A stretch of 64,000 nucleotides of DNA from Octopus vulgaris (GCA_951406725.2 OX597820.1:88226001-88290000); one strand, 5' to 3'; counted from the first letter of the stretch, positions 13,231-24,387 are shown. Notes: generated by a model not told the origin, from the sequence alone. Translations and numbers: made by a program.

Positions 13231-13325
13231 CTCCTTACTGATGTATGTTTGTGTTCCTATGCCTTCACGCAAATCATTTAGAAATTCTCCTTCATATAAA
13301 CTACCATCTCTGAAAAGCTGTTTAC
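13231..13325 (-). CDS. ANKMY1: ANKMY1-like coding exon (95 bp, MORN repeat)
   Basis: Acceptor aaacag|; reads (G)KQLFRDGSLYEGEFLNDLREGIGTQTYISKE; donor GAG|gtaaaa. Phase 1 in and phase 0 out, matching neighbouring exons. Not on the ORF track. Confidence 0.88.
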
Positions 13326-14218
13326 CTGTTTGATGAGAAAAAGTTAAAAATAAAAGACAAATTATTAAAACCTAATTCAGTAAGTTATTTACAATGAATT
13401 TCTAATGAAAATAATCATTGCTAAAAAGACTGCACCAACTATCAATCCATATTTTTACAGTGTCATCAGAGGAATTATGCTAACAGACTAAGAAATAGCT
13501 ACCATCTGAAAAATCACTTCTGTGAGCTTTTATGGATGACATCACTGCCATAATGGAGATAAGAAAAGAAGCTAAAACCCCAGGTTAGTAACATTGGTTG
13601 CATACCAGCATCAAATGAAATGACAGTTAACCAACAATGTGGTGTTATATTGAGGAATTTTCTTTGAAGTTGGAGAAGAGCAGATTCTAACAATCAGGGT
13701 AGCACACTGGACAAAATGCTTTGTGGCATTTCACCCATCTTTGCATTCTGAGTTTCAAACTCCACTGAGGTCAACTTTGCCTTTCATCCTTTTGGGTTCA
13801 ATAGGATTTGAAACCAATATTCTGTTCTATATTTGCAAAACTGCTATTTCAAAATTTGAAACCTATATTCTGTTCTATATAATGGCAGTGAGCTGACAGA
13901 ATTGTTAGCATTCCTGGCAAACTGCTTAGTGACACTTTGTCTGTCTTTACATCCTGAGTTCAAATCCTGCTGAGGTTTACTTTGCTGTCCATCCTTTTGG
14001 TATCGATAAAATAAGTACCAGTTGAACACAAGGGTTGATGTAATCAACTGATCCACTACCCTGAACTTGCTGGCCTTGTGCCAAAATTTGAAACCAATAT
14101 TTATATTCATTGAAAGGTGATTGGTTTCAGAACAATTTCCTTGTTATAACATTCACCTCTCTACTTCATGTCATATCAATTCCAGGCCATACAAAAAAGT
14201 AATGTAGTTTATAGTTAC

Positions 14219-14432
14219 CATAGCCTGAGCGTTGGTTATCAAGATATTCTCCATCGTACCAAGAACCATCAGTCCAGGTGAAAATTCCTTTTCCACTTCT
14301 ATGATTATTTTTGACCATACCTTTGTAAACACCGCCACTTTTATAATGAATTTCAGTAACATCTCCATCCTTATTATCAGAGAGATCTGTAAAGCTGCTT
14401 GCACTAGAGAGAGGTGGTAACTCTGAATTCAT
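14219..14432 (-). CDS. ANKMY1: ANKMY1-like gene, first confident coding exon (MORN repeats); exon acceptor at 14464, ATG at 14432
   Basis: Encodes MNSELPPLSS...YKGMVKNNHRSGKGIFTWTDGSWYDGEYLDNQRSGYG (MORN consensus YxGx(F/W)xxxxxxGxG). Acceptor tttcag before 14464; donor G|gtaact after 14219 (phase 1). Confidence 0.85.
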
Positions 14433-14539
14433 CTTACACCTTGGGGATGTATCAGGCAAAACAGCTGAAATATGACCATAAATTGTTTGCAGTTAAAAAA
14501 ACAATGATAATTCTCATCAGAAAGAAATTTGATACAGGT

Positions 14540-15430
14540 AGACTGTTAACTACTTCAGTTGGGGCTGTTAACTATAGCTTTTCTGTTTATACTGTTAATC
14601 CTAACTTAACAATTTGGACTGTAACTACATTTTGTCAGTTCTGATTGTTAAACACATTTTGTCAATTTGGAAAGTAAACCACATTTTGTCAGTCTGGAGT
14701 GTTAGTTCTGACTGTTATTTACATTTTGTTAATTTGAACTGTGGACAGATATTCAATATATATATAATTTTAATAATTACTGGTATTTTTATATATGTAA
14801 AGCATAATATGTTATACATGTATGTATATTGTTATAATTGTTTATTTTTAAAAAATAAATAAATAGACATAATATAATGTCTAAAATTTGATGAATACCA
14901 CATCTTGATCCCCTCCATTTTCTCATTGCCGTATATATATTTTATCAGTTTGGACTGTTGGCCACATTTTACCATTTTTTGTGGTGCTAATTACTATATC
15001 TTATCAATTTGGGCTGTTAAATCATGTTGTCAGTTAGAACTGAAAAATAGATCCTGTGTGGCTGAACTGCATCTGTTTAAACTGAACTGCATCTGTTTAA
15101 ACTGAACTATTAATTCTGTAGTATTTAAACTGACCATATCCATCCCAAATATTCTACCAGTTTTATGTTTAAGCTGACAAGATCCGTCCTCTTACACCTA
15201 TCCTGTAATGTCATTCTAAAAATAAACAATCACATTACTGAAATTTTGAAACTATGAGATAATGCATAATTCGTTCAGAATGCCATGAATGCATAAACAT
15301 TTCATTTGACAGAGTAATCTGAATGTTAAAGGGCCAAACACATCTAAAAGTTTCTATTGTTAGCTACATCTACATCTTACTAACCATTACTGTTAAGCAA
15401 ATCAATTTGGACTGTTAACCACATGTTGTA
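14540..15430. repeat. Degenerate ~29-bp minisatellite, interrupted by other repeats
   Basis: Recurring tttggactgttaaccacattttgtcag-like units. Confidence 0.65.
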
Positions 15431-16240
15431 AGGTCACCAGCTGACAGAATCATCTCAGCATCAGAGAGTATATCACATGGTATACGTCGCACAGGGTGAA
15501 AGCGTATGGCTTAGTGGATAGGGTAGTCGATTCACGATTGTACAATCGTGAGTTCGATTCCCGGAGATGTGTTGTGTTCTTCAGCAAGACACTTTATTTC
15601 TCATTGCTCCAGTCCACTCAGCTGGTAAAAAGGGAGGGAAAGACTTCTGCTCGCCCCCACTCCCAATATCTCCGAAATCTTTTTTTCCCCCAGAAACCCA
15701 CGTTTTCGGCTATGGAGATTCCGGAAAAATGCCAAAAATCGACATTTTTTTAATTAATTAATTAATCAATTGATTGATTGATTGAATAATGGACCTAAGT
15801 TTTTGAGTATATTATTCTAATTATAGATTTTAACCCAGAGTTATCTCCCTTCATTTTTTTTATAACTTAACCCCCACCCCTACACCTCTTAAATATAACA
15901 TTAAAAGTAATTAACTGAATAAATAGACAGATAAATATTTTAAAAGACTGAATGACTGATTGGTTCATTAATTAAGTGACTCAACACAATTACACAGAGT
16001 CTTGCATTTGAGGCATTTTGTCAGATAAAATAGATTTTAAACACAATTTTAGTGATAAATAACATATCATCATCGTTTAACGTCCGTTCTCCATGCTAGC
16101 ATGGGTTGGACGGTTCGACCGGGGATCTGGGAAGCCAGAAGGCTGCACCAGGCTCCAGTCTTATCTGGCAATGTTTCTACAGCTGGATGCCCTTCCTAAC
16201 GCCAACCACTCCATGAGTGTCGTGGGTGCTTTTTACAAAA

Positions 16241-16278
16241 CTGTCCGATGAACGGGAACGTGAAACTCCGAGTAACAG
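16241..16278 (+). ncRNA. Minimal type I hammerhead ribozyme motif (U4C core variant)
   Basis: CUGU-CCGAUGA-ACG(GGAA)CGU-GAAA-CUC(C)GAG-UA-ACAG: all three helices pair; GUA cleavage triplet. Confidence 0.7.
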
Positions 16279-16381
16279 GTCTTGTTGAATTTCTGCTGCT
16301 TTTAAATAAAGCATATGACTCTACCCCTGGTGTTTGAGTACTCTTTTTTCCACCTTGTTTCACATTTATGAGTTTACTCCA

Positions 16382-16441
<60 letters not shown>

Positions 16442-16445
<4 letters not shown>

Positions 16446-16813
16446 GTTGTGAATCCAACCAACTAAGGGATAATATCTATCCAATATACTGCTGGTAGAA
16501 TACCCAATTATTGATACATAAGTGTTATTGATATACACATATAAATGTATAGCTATGTATTTATTTATATTTATGTATATGTAAAAGTGTGTATATATGT
16601 ATGTATTTATATTTATAACTTAATCTCATGAACTTTCTAAACTCTCTGACGAAGTCCAGAGGCACACCCAAGTACCTTAATTTCATCTACCAAATACTTT
16701 AGTTCAATGAAGGGATGGAAGTAAAGTGGGGTACTATGACCTATTGGCTGAAACAGCTGTAAGAAACTATTCTACTTTCTATGTTCTACGGCATATATTT
16801 TAATAATTACTGG

Positions 16814-16844
<31 letters not shown>

Positions 16845-17194
16845 AAGCATATTATGCTATACATGTATGTATATTGTTATAAGAGTTTTTTTTTTAAACA
16901 ACTAAATAAATAGACATAATATAATGTCTAAAAGTTGATGAATACCACCTTTTGACCCCCTCCATTTTCTTATTGCTGTATAAATTAAGGACAAAACAAC
17001 TTTTTACCCTCACCCATTTATTACATTCAGTAGTGTAATTGTCATGCAATGAAGAAACACTTACGTATCAATAATTGGGTATTCTACCAGCAGTATATTG
17101 GATAGATATTATCCCTTAGTTGGTTGGATTCACAACCTCTAACTCTCTTGAAATTATTTATAAATCTGTGTGTGCAACCTTTTTCTCAGTATAA

Positions 17195-17233
<39 letters not shown>

Positions 17234-17345
17234 TGTATGTGTGCGTGTGTGCATATGTATGTATTTATATTTCTAACTTAATCTTATGAGCTTTCTAAAC
17301 TCTCTGACGAAGCTCAGAGGCACACCCAAGTACCTTAATCTTATC
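16442..17345 (+). mobile_element. Non-autonomous Penelope-like/retrozyme-like element with 5' inverted segment
   Basis: 85-bp inverted repeat (16442-16526 vs 17056-17140, one mismatch). Direct repeat of the hammerhead-bearing segment at a 658-bp period. A related fragment lies at ~14755-14935. Confidence 0.6.
16643..16764 (+). ncRNA. Type I hammerhead ribozyme motif with long helix II
   Basis: UCU-CUGACGA (16646-16652), long imperfect stem II (agtacc/ggtact, tttcatc/gatggaa), GAAA (16750-16753), palindromic helix III ACAGCUGU, GUA, AGA. Truncated second copy at 17301-17340. Confidence 0.6.
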
Positions 17346-17346
17346 T

Positions 17347-17710
17347 TATGTATGTATGTATGTATGTATGTATGTATGTATGTATGTATGTATGTATGTA
17401 TGTATGTATGTATGTATATATATATATACATATATATGTATATATGTATATATATTTATATATATATACATTTATATATAAATATATATATATATACACA
17501 CACACACACATATATATATACACATACATACAAACACACACACACACATGCATGCATGCATGCATGCATATCTATCTATCTACCAATCTACCTACCTACC
17601 TACCTACCTACCTACCTACCTACCTACCTACCTACCTACCTACCTACCTACATACCTACCTACCTACCTACATACATACATACATACATACATACATACA
17701 TACATACATA
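17347..17710. repeat. Compound microsatellite (TATG)n-(TA)n-(CCTA)n-(CATA)n. Other long arrays: (TA)n 39160-39376 and 63069-63207; (CA)n 50911-51034; (TG)n 51414-51558; (TCTA)n 47003-47214; (AAT)n 52751-52850 and 60335-60518
   Basis: Direct inspection. Confidence 0.95.
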
Positions 17711-17748
17711 CTAAAACAGAGAGATATAGATAGACAAGCATATACACA

Positions 17749-18230
17749 GCGGATTTTAACATAAAGCTAAAAATCAGCGAAAAAGAAAATACCTACACCA
17801 AACTATTGAGAAATCGGCAATTACTCTACTCAGGCTACAAGTTTGGGTTTATACCTGTAATTATTAGGACACTGGGATATATGTAACACATTGCCTAAGT
17901 ACCAATCTTGAGAAATTAGGCTTCTCAAAGCCAAAAAGGAGAAAGTGATTCAATGGAACGGTAAAAATTTGTTAAACTTTCAAGAAGTTTATCAGTTAAG
18001 TATAAATGCACATGTCTAAACATGCAACTATATGCATGAGAATATATACACTAAACAAAACATACATATCTACACATGCACGGGTTCCAAATGATTCATA
18101 TAGACATGTATACATGCAAAAATACCCTGTTGATGTTGTTGACATTTCAGTTGACATTTCAGTGGATCTAAGTTAGAAATCGGCTGATTCTCTATTGTCA
18201 AGAAATTTTGAATAAAACTGAATAATGACA
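17749..18230 (+). mobile_element. Dong/R4-clade LINE 3' end; a third short copy at 23323-23436(-)
   Basis: ADFNIKLKISEKENTY-KLLRN-QLLY-GY-F-FIPVII--LG; 3' UTR homologous to the 54-kb copy, ending aatgacatacata. Confidence 0.8.
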
Positions 18231-18254
18231 TACATATAAGTATACATGCATACA

Positions 18255-18286
<32 letters not shown>

Positions 18287-19509
18287 CATATACAACTCTC
18301 CCACACACTCGTCCATTAACGAGTGATAAATGCCGCTGATGTAAACAGATAAAAGGTGTGTATGATGTAACAAGTGTTGAAAACTCTACATTGTACGGAA
18401 AACTCGGGGTTAAAAATATCTCATATATTTCGTATACTTATTTCAAAATAAATGTTGATTTTTGAATGAAACATTAAAATTTAAAAAGCACCAGGTCAAA
18501 AATGTATCCAAGGTGGATCAGACCCTCGCGAAACAATAAGGGTGTCTATAGCTCACCTGATTAATTGTCAGTTTCAAGCATGTTGTCTTGTGAATTATTA
18601 CATAAACAATTAAATCACATTGAACGCGGTAAACTGATGTTGCTATGGCACTTGCAGGGGAGGTAACTCTAACAGTTCATTTAATTGTAGTGATTTTTTT
18701 TATCTCCCTTCTTATTACTATGATAGTAGTTAACCATATATTGTAACACATACACAGTATTATTACATACTTACACACAAAAAAGGAAGACGATGGGTTG
18801 GCGTTTGGAAAATCTTGTTTTTCTCGTTGCAGACCTATATCTGCGATGACTGTAATAGCCTCGGGCCGATCAAAGCCTTGTGAGTGGATTTGGTAGACAG
18901 AATCTGAAACCGCATCGTCACTGATGTAGACCAACGTGGAAATGACAGTGCCGGCTACAATGATCGTACTTGGAATTGTCCACCAGTCTTGTCTTTGTGC
19001 TGTTTCCCTCATAGGATTTGCTTTTCTTCGTCCGTAAGCTTCTCCCGCTCCTCCATTCTTTTAAAACCTTTGTCAAGTTCCAGCTTCCAGCGTGAGCAAT
19101 CATCAGCAATATCGTCTCACTTTTCAACGTATCTGTACAAAGCATACAACTCTGAAACGAAGATGAAATGTCCGTGTTCTCTTACCGGAGGCCAGTTCGC
19201 CATGCAACAAGTCTTTTGGGTCCTCCCACCTTCCATGAGTCAAAAGAGAAATCGTTGTTGCTATAGAATGAAGAGGCTGGGTGCGAGTCAGAACCTTATT
19301 GTTGGTACCTTGGTCAGTCCACTTGATGTTCAGAATCCATCTCAGACTACGTATGGGGAAGACATGAAAGGCTGCTCTTGCCTGGAATAGGTGCTCCAAA
19401 TCTCACTGCTATAAAGCATTGCACTGAGAACATTAGCTCAGTAGATTGCAGTGTTAGTGTTTGTCGTTAGCGTACATGTTTTCCCAGACTCTTGTTATCA
19501 GTCAGTCTA

Positions 19510-19769
19510 GAGGTCCTGAAGGAGCGGGGGGGGGTCCATATGTCCCTTGGCGGTCCACTTAAGATCTTGTTAAAATATGTGTTTCATTAATTGGTTCTAT
19601 TTCTACTATACACAAAATATTTTAACAATTTTTAAATACAATTCCTAATAATATTTAATCATAAAAATATAATAGGATTTTTTTTTAACATTTAATGTCT
19701 ATGAGGGTCCATCCAAATAAAGTAGGGGTCAAAGAAGAACCAGGGGAAAAAAATGGTTCAGAATCACTG
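19510..19769. mobile_element. hAT-Charlie-like MITE remnant; similar ends at ~32580-32810
   Basis: ggggtcca motifs and aaatggttcagaatcactg terminus. Confidence 0.5.
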
Positions 19770-20264
19770 GCCTAGCTTGTGTTGAAGCTGTTCTTCTACA
19801 TCGTCAGTTAGTCTCAGATGCTAGAGAAAGGTTCGTGATGGTGAGGCTGAGGTATATATGCTCATGGACTGCCTCAAGCTCACATTTGTTAACGAGGATG
19901 GTAGTAGAGTGCTCAGAACATCGGTCCAACATTTGATACTCTTCCGGCTGATGCTCCAGCCAAAGTCTTCATAAAGTGCTGCTGTCTTCTTCCAATCATG
20001 ACTCATGCCATTAACCACAACGAATTATCTCTAATTCGAGCCTACTCTAAGCTATTAAGAATGCGTGTGGCAACTTGAAGATCCACCCACCACACGCGAT
20101 AGACTGGTGGTTGCACGGGCGCGAAAGCTACGTTGTTATCCTCATTCCGTAAACGGTGGCTTTTAACGGGTGGAGAGCTGAACCATCATGGGGTACAGAG
20201 GATTCGCAATCTAGACTAGGGTCTGAAAGTTTACCACACCATGGTTCTTCTGATTTGTGGCAGA

Positions 20265-20445
20265 AGTAGAAAGAAAGAGTGAGAGAAAGTTGTGGTGAAA
20301 GTGTATAGCGGGGTTCACCACCATCCCCACCGAAGCCTCGTAGAGCTTAGGTGTTTTTGCTTAATAAACACTAACAATGCCCGGTCTGGGAATCGAAACC
20401 GCGTTCTTACGACTGCCTTAACCACTAGGCCATTGCGTCTCCACA
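20265..20445 (-). mobile_element. Short tRNA-derived SINE (family E)
   Basis: Minus-strand tggcctagtggttaagg...ggtttcgattccc head. Confidence 0.6.
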
Positions 20446-20789
20446 AGTGTTGCTGTTGTTTTTCCGAGTGTGTTGCCAGTGCCGTATCATGAAAACTATC
20501 TCTCTGATTAATACATTCAGTACTTTGGTTTTCACTCTCATTCAAAACGGACTGAGCAAGTTCCCGTTTGATTTTGTGTAAGGGTAAATACCATCAATTG
20601 ATGTTCCAAATGTGTGCTTCAGGATGACTGCCTTATTTCACTCCACAGTAAATACTGAGGGATCATCAAACAGAATGGTGCCTTTCAGGTTTCAGTGGAA
20701 TGAATGAACAATCCCGGTTTACCCTACCTTGGCAAAGATTTTGAACAGCCTGTCTCTGTTCACAGTGTCGAACACATACCCGAAGTCAA

Positions 20790-21000
20790 CCGTCCACTGA
20801 CAACGACGACGTTTCCTTCACCACGCGACGTCGACTGCGCGCATGGATGATTGCCAGCGGCAGCTTCTTACTTACCTGCCAGAAAATGTGAGCAACGATA
20901 TTCTCTAGGGGAGGGGTGCATAACACATGGACACGCACACACACTCGCAGTCGATATCGCGACGGCCTTTGCACACGGCAATACGGCCGACGTCTTCTGA
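20790..21000 (-). promoter_or_regulatory. CpG-rich island with candidate first exon of the ANKMY1-like gene
   Basis: Short non-repetitive CpG-rich patch with a perfect minus-strand donor CAG|GTAAGT at 20876/20875, phase-compatible with the acceptor at 14464. Confidence 0.4.
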
Positions 21001-21023
21001 CATGTGCGTGTATGTATGTATGT

Positions 21024-21233
21024 ACTCTTTACTCTTTTACTTGTTTCAGTCATTTGACTGTGGCCATGCTGGAGCACCGCCTTTAGTCGAGCAAATCGAC
21101 CCCAGGACTTATTCTTTGTAAGCCCAGTACTTATTCTATCGGTCTCTTTTTGCCGAACCGCTAAGTGACGGGGACGTAAACACACCAGCATCAGTTGTCA
21201 AGCAATGCTAGGGGGACAAACACAGACACACAA

Positions 21234-21294
<61 letters not shown>

Positions 21295-21472
21295 TATATG
21301 TATATACGACAGGCTTCTTTCAGTTTCCGTCCACCAAATCCACTCACAAGGCATTGGTCAGCCCGGGGCTATAGCAGAAGACACTTGCCCAAGATGCCAC
21401 GCAGTGGGACTGAACCCGGAACCATGTGGCTGGTTAGCAAGCTACTTATCACACAGCCACTCCTGCGCCTAT
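21024..21472 (-). mobile_element. SINE family A, full-length
   Basis: A box TGGCTGTGTG, B box GGTTCAGTCCC, CORE-like cttgggcaagtg, internal (TA)n(TG)n, (aaagagt)n tail. Confidence 0.9.
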
Positions 21473-21831
21473 GCCGGTATCTACGACGGTAACTACGAGT
21501 GGTTCTCTCCCTCTCTCTCTTTCTTTATACATACACACACATGCCAGTAGAAGTCGGCTGTATTGCCAACACAAAATCTGCTGAGAAAACCGCTAGATTG
21601 CTTTGAATGTTACTGTTGCATGCAAGCTAGGATTTTATCAATTCAGACCGGGTCAACTGGTTAGATGATCTGATATTGAAAAACACGAAATCCCCAACGA
21701 TCCTCGGGACAATACAATGATGCATAGATGTATCTTAGAACGCACAAAGCACGCACAAGCATGCGCTAGCACGCTTACAAACACACACACACACACATAC
21801 ATGCGATCTTACATGTGTGTACATGTATATA

Positions 21832-23008
21832 CGAGGGGGTACCCAAAAGAAACCGGAATTTTGCAATATTTTATTCACTGAGTTTTACATGTTTACATTT
21901 TTATCGCTTTCAAAGTATTTTCCATTTGAAGCAATGCATCGGTCCAGACGCGTTTTCTACTGTTCGAAGCAGTTCTGGAAATCTTGCGAAATGGTGCCTT
22001 TTAACATCTCCATTTTTTTTTTCTTTTGACCTCCTCCACATCTGCAAAACGTTTTACTGTAAAAACTTTTTTTCATTCAGGGGACTATGATCGTGCGAAT
22101 AGGGAGGGTTGATAAGCGGGGGCATGTTTTAGAACTGCCAAGTAAAGTACCTGGTTAACAGTTTGATCAGGAGGAACAAATTCTGTGTGGACAATTCCTT
22201 TCACATCAATAAAACAAATCAGCATTGTTTTGACACTGGACTTCACTTGACGTGCTGTTTTGGGGGCATGGTGACATCGAATGCTTCCACTGACTTGATT
22301 GCTGCTTCGTTTCCGGGCTGTAGCCATAACACCAGCTTTCGTCACCAGTGATGACCTTCAGAAAAAGGTCCGGATCAAATTCTAGCTGTTCTTTCAGCTC
22401 ACGACAAGCATTCAATCGCGACTGTTTTTGATCGTCCGTGAGGAAGCGAGGCACAAATTTTGTTGCAACTCTTTTCATTCGCAATTCATCGCTCAAAATC
22501 CGTTGGCAGGAGCTCCAGGACATACCAGTCATATCAACAAGTTGACCAATTGTTCGGCAACGGTCCTCCAAGATTAGTTCGTGAATTTTCGTGATGTTTT
22601 CGTAATTTCGATAGGTTGACGGGCGCTCTGAACGAGGTTGGCCTTCAAGCAACAAGTGACCATTCCTAAAGCATGAAAACGTCTTGTAAACTTGTGTTCC
22701 GCTCATGGCAGCGTCCTTGTAAGCTGTTTGATGCAGGATAACTGTTTCGACTCCGTTTTCCCCGGCAGAAAACAGAATTTCACAGAAACACGCTGTTCTT
22801 TCGTTTCAACCATCGCAAAAATCGACGAACAGGAAGGAAGCACTGTAAAACAAAGACACACCATGTGGCAGAACGACATCACTAGACGACTTCGTTTGGC
22901 AAACTAATGTCTGAGGGTCGCATCAAGTGGTTTCTAGCGGCAGAAGCCTGAACTACAATGGGCTTGTCCCACAGAGAACGTTTCCGGTTACTTTTGGGTA
23001 TCCTCTTG
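21832..23008 (-). mobile_element. Mariner transposon (irritans-like), internally deleted
   Basis: 27-bp TIRs cgagggggtacccaaaagaaaccggaa (4 mismatches), TA TSD; FVPRFLT, ITGDESWCYGY, KTMLICF-D-KGIVH-EF. Confidence 0.92.
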
Positions 23009-23193
23009 TATGCATTAATGTATATGTATATGCATGTGTGTGTGTATGCATGGAAGCACTCCGTCGGTTACGACGACGAGGGTTACGGTTGATCCGAATC
23101 AAAATCAACGGAACAGCCTGCTCGTGAAATTAACGTGTAAGTGGCTGAGCACTCCACAGACACGTGTACCCTTAACGTAGTTCTCGGGGATAT

Positions 23194-23237
<44 letters not shown>

Positions 23238-23968
23238 TCACACAGGCATGTATAAGGCGGTGCCCAGGCATGATTGCAGTCCATCGAGTGAAACGTCAAA
23301 AAGAATAAAATATTAAAACATGTATGTCATTAATCAGTTTTATTTCAAGATTTCTTGCCAATAGAGAAAGAGCCGGTTTCTAACCTAGATCCAATGCCCC
23401 TTCATTGGAATTTCAACATCAGCGGGGTATTTTTGCATGTATGTATGTATGTATGTATGTATGTATGTATGTATGTATGTATGTATGTATGTATGTATGT
23501 ATGTATGCCTGCATGTATGCATGTATGCATGTATGTATGTATGTATGTATGTATGTATGTATGTATGGATGGATGGATGGATGGATGGATGGATGGATGG
23601 ATGGATGGACGGATGGATGGATGTATATGTATGTATGTACGTGTGCTTGTGAGTCTGTGTTGTGTTGTGTGTGTGTGAGTGTGTGTGTGTGTGTGTGTGT
23701 GCATAGTTGTGTGTGTTTATGCGTTTATATTATCATTTCGCAAGGCGGCGAGCTGGCAGAAACGTTAGCACGCCGGGCGAAATGTTTAGTGGTATTTTGT
23801 CTGCCGTTACGTTCCGAGTTTAAATTCCGCCGAGGTCGACTTTACCTTTCATCCTTTCGGGGTCGATAAATTAAGTACCAGTTACGCACTGTGGTCAATA
23901 TAATCGACTCATCCCCTTCCCCCAAATTTCAGGCCTTATGCCTATAGTAGAAAAGAAATATATTATCA

Positions 23969-24387
23969 TATAGGCACAGGCGTGGCTGTGTGGTAAGAAG
24001 CTTGCTTACCAACCACATGGTTCCGGGTTCAGTCCCACTGCGTGGCACCTTGGGCAAGTGTCTTCTACTATAACCTCGGGCCGACCAAAGCCTTGTGAGT
24101 GGATTTGGTAGACGGAAACTGAAAGAAGCATGTCGTATATATGTATATATATATATATATGTGCGTGTGTGTGCGTGTTTCTGTGTCTGTGTTTGTCCCC
24201 CAAGCATTGCTTGACAACCGATGCTGGTGTGTTTATGTCTCCGTCACTTAGCGGTTCGGCAAAAGAGACCGATAGAATAAGTACTGGGCTTACAAAGAAT
24301 AAGTCCCGGGGTCGAGTTGCTCGACTAAAGGCGGTGCTCCAGCATGGCCGCAGTCAAATGACTGAAACAAGTAAAAGAGTAAAAGTA
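23969..24387 (+). mobile_element. SINE family A, full-length. Further full or partial copies at ~1180-1350, 4265-4410, 6840-7005, 18835-18910, 26675-27065, 27497-27923, 39392-39550, 40142-40552, 47950-48110, 48808-48970, 50150-50400, 51905-52070, 57478-57640, 57770-58175, 59880-60283
   Basis: About 20 recognisable dispersed copies in both orientations, with Pol III A/B boxes. Confidence 0.9.

Larger units (their letters stand above)
18960..20800 (-). mobile_element. Fragmented RTE LINE remnants interrupted by a hAT MITE and a SINE
   Basis: VD---FDTVNRD-LFKI-AKVG (20700-20790); FH---LR-IL-IKW-D---N--VL and PKDLL-GELASG-R (19150-19400). Confidence 0.7.

Noticed and set aside
17286-17764. ORFs rich in YVCM, IYIY, HTHT or LSIY here and across the window
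   Set aside because: Translations of (TATG)n, (TA)n, (CA)n and (TCTA)n microsatellites.
21205-21492. Recurring peptide ASFSFRLPNPLTR...RSGTEPGTMWLVSKLL that looks like a multigene family
   Set aside because: Antisense translation of SINE A; frames are not preserved between copies.
22206-22706. Functional or domesticated transposase (SETMAR-like)
   Set aside because: Frameshifted, lacks the later catalytic region, and is still bounded by TIRs, so a dead mariner.
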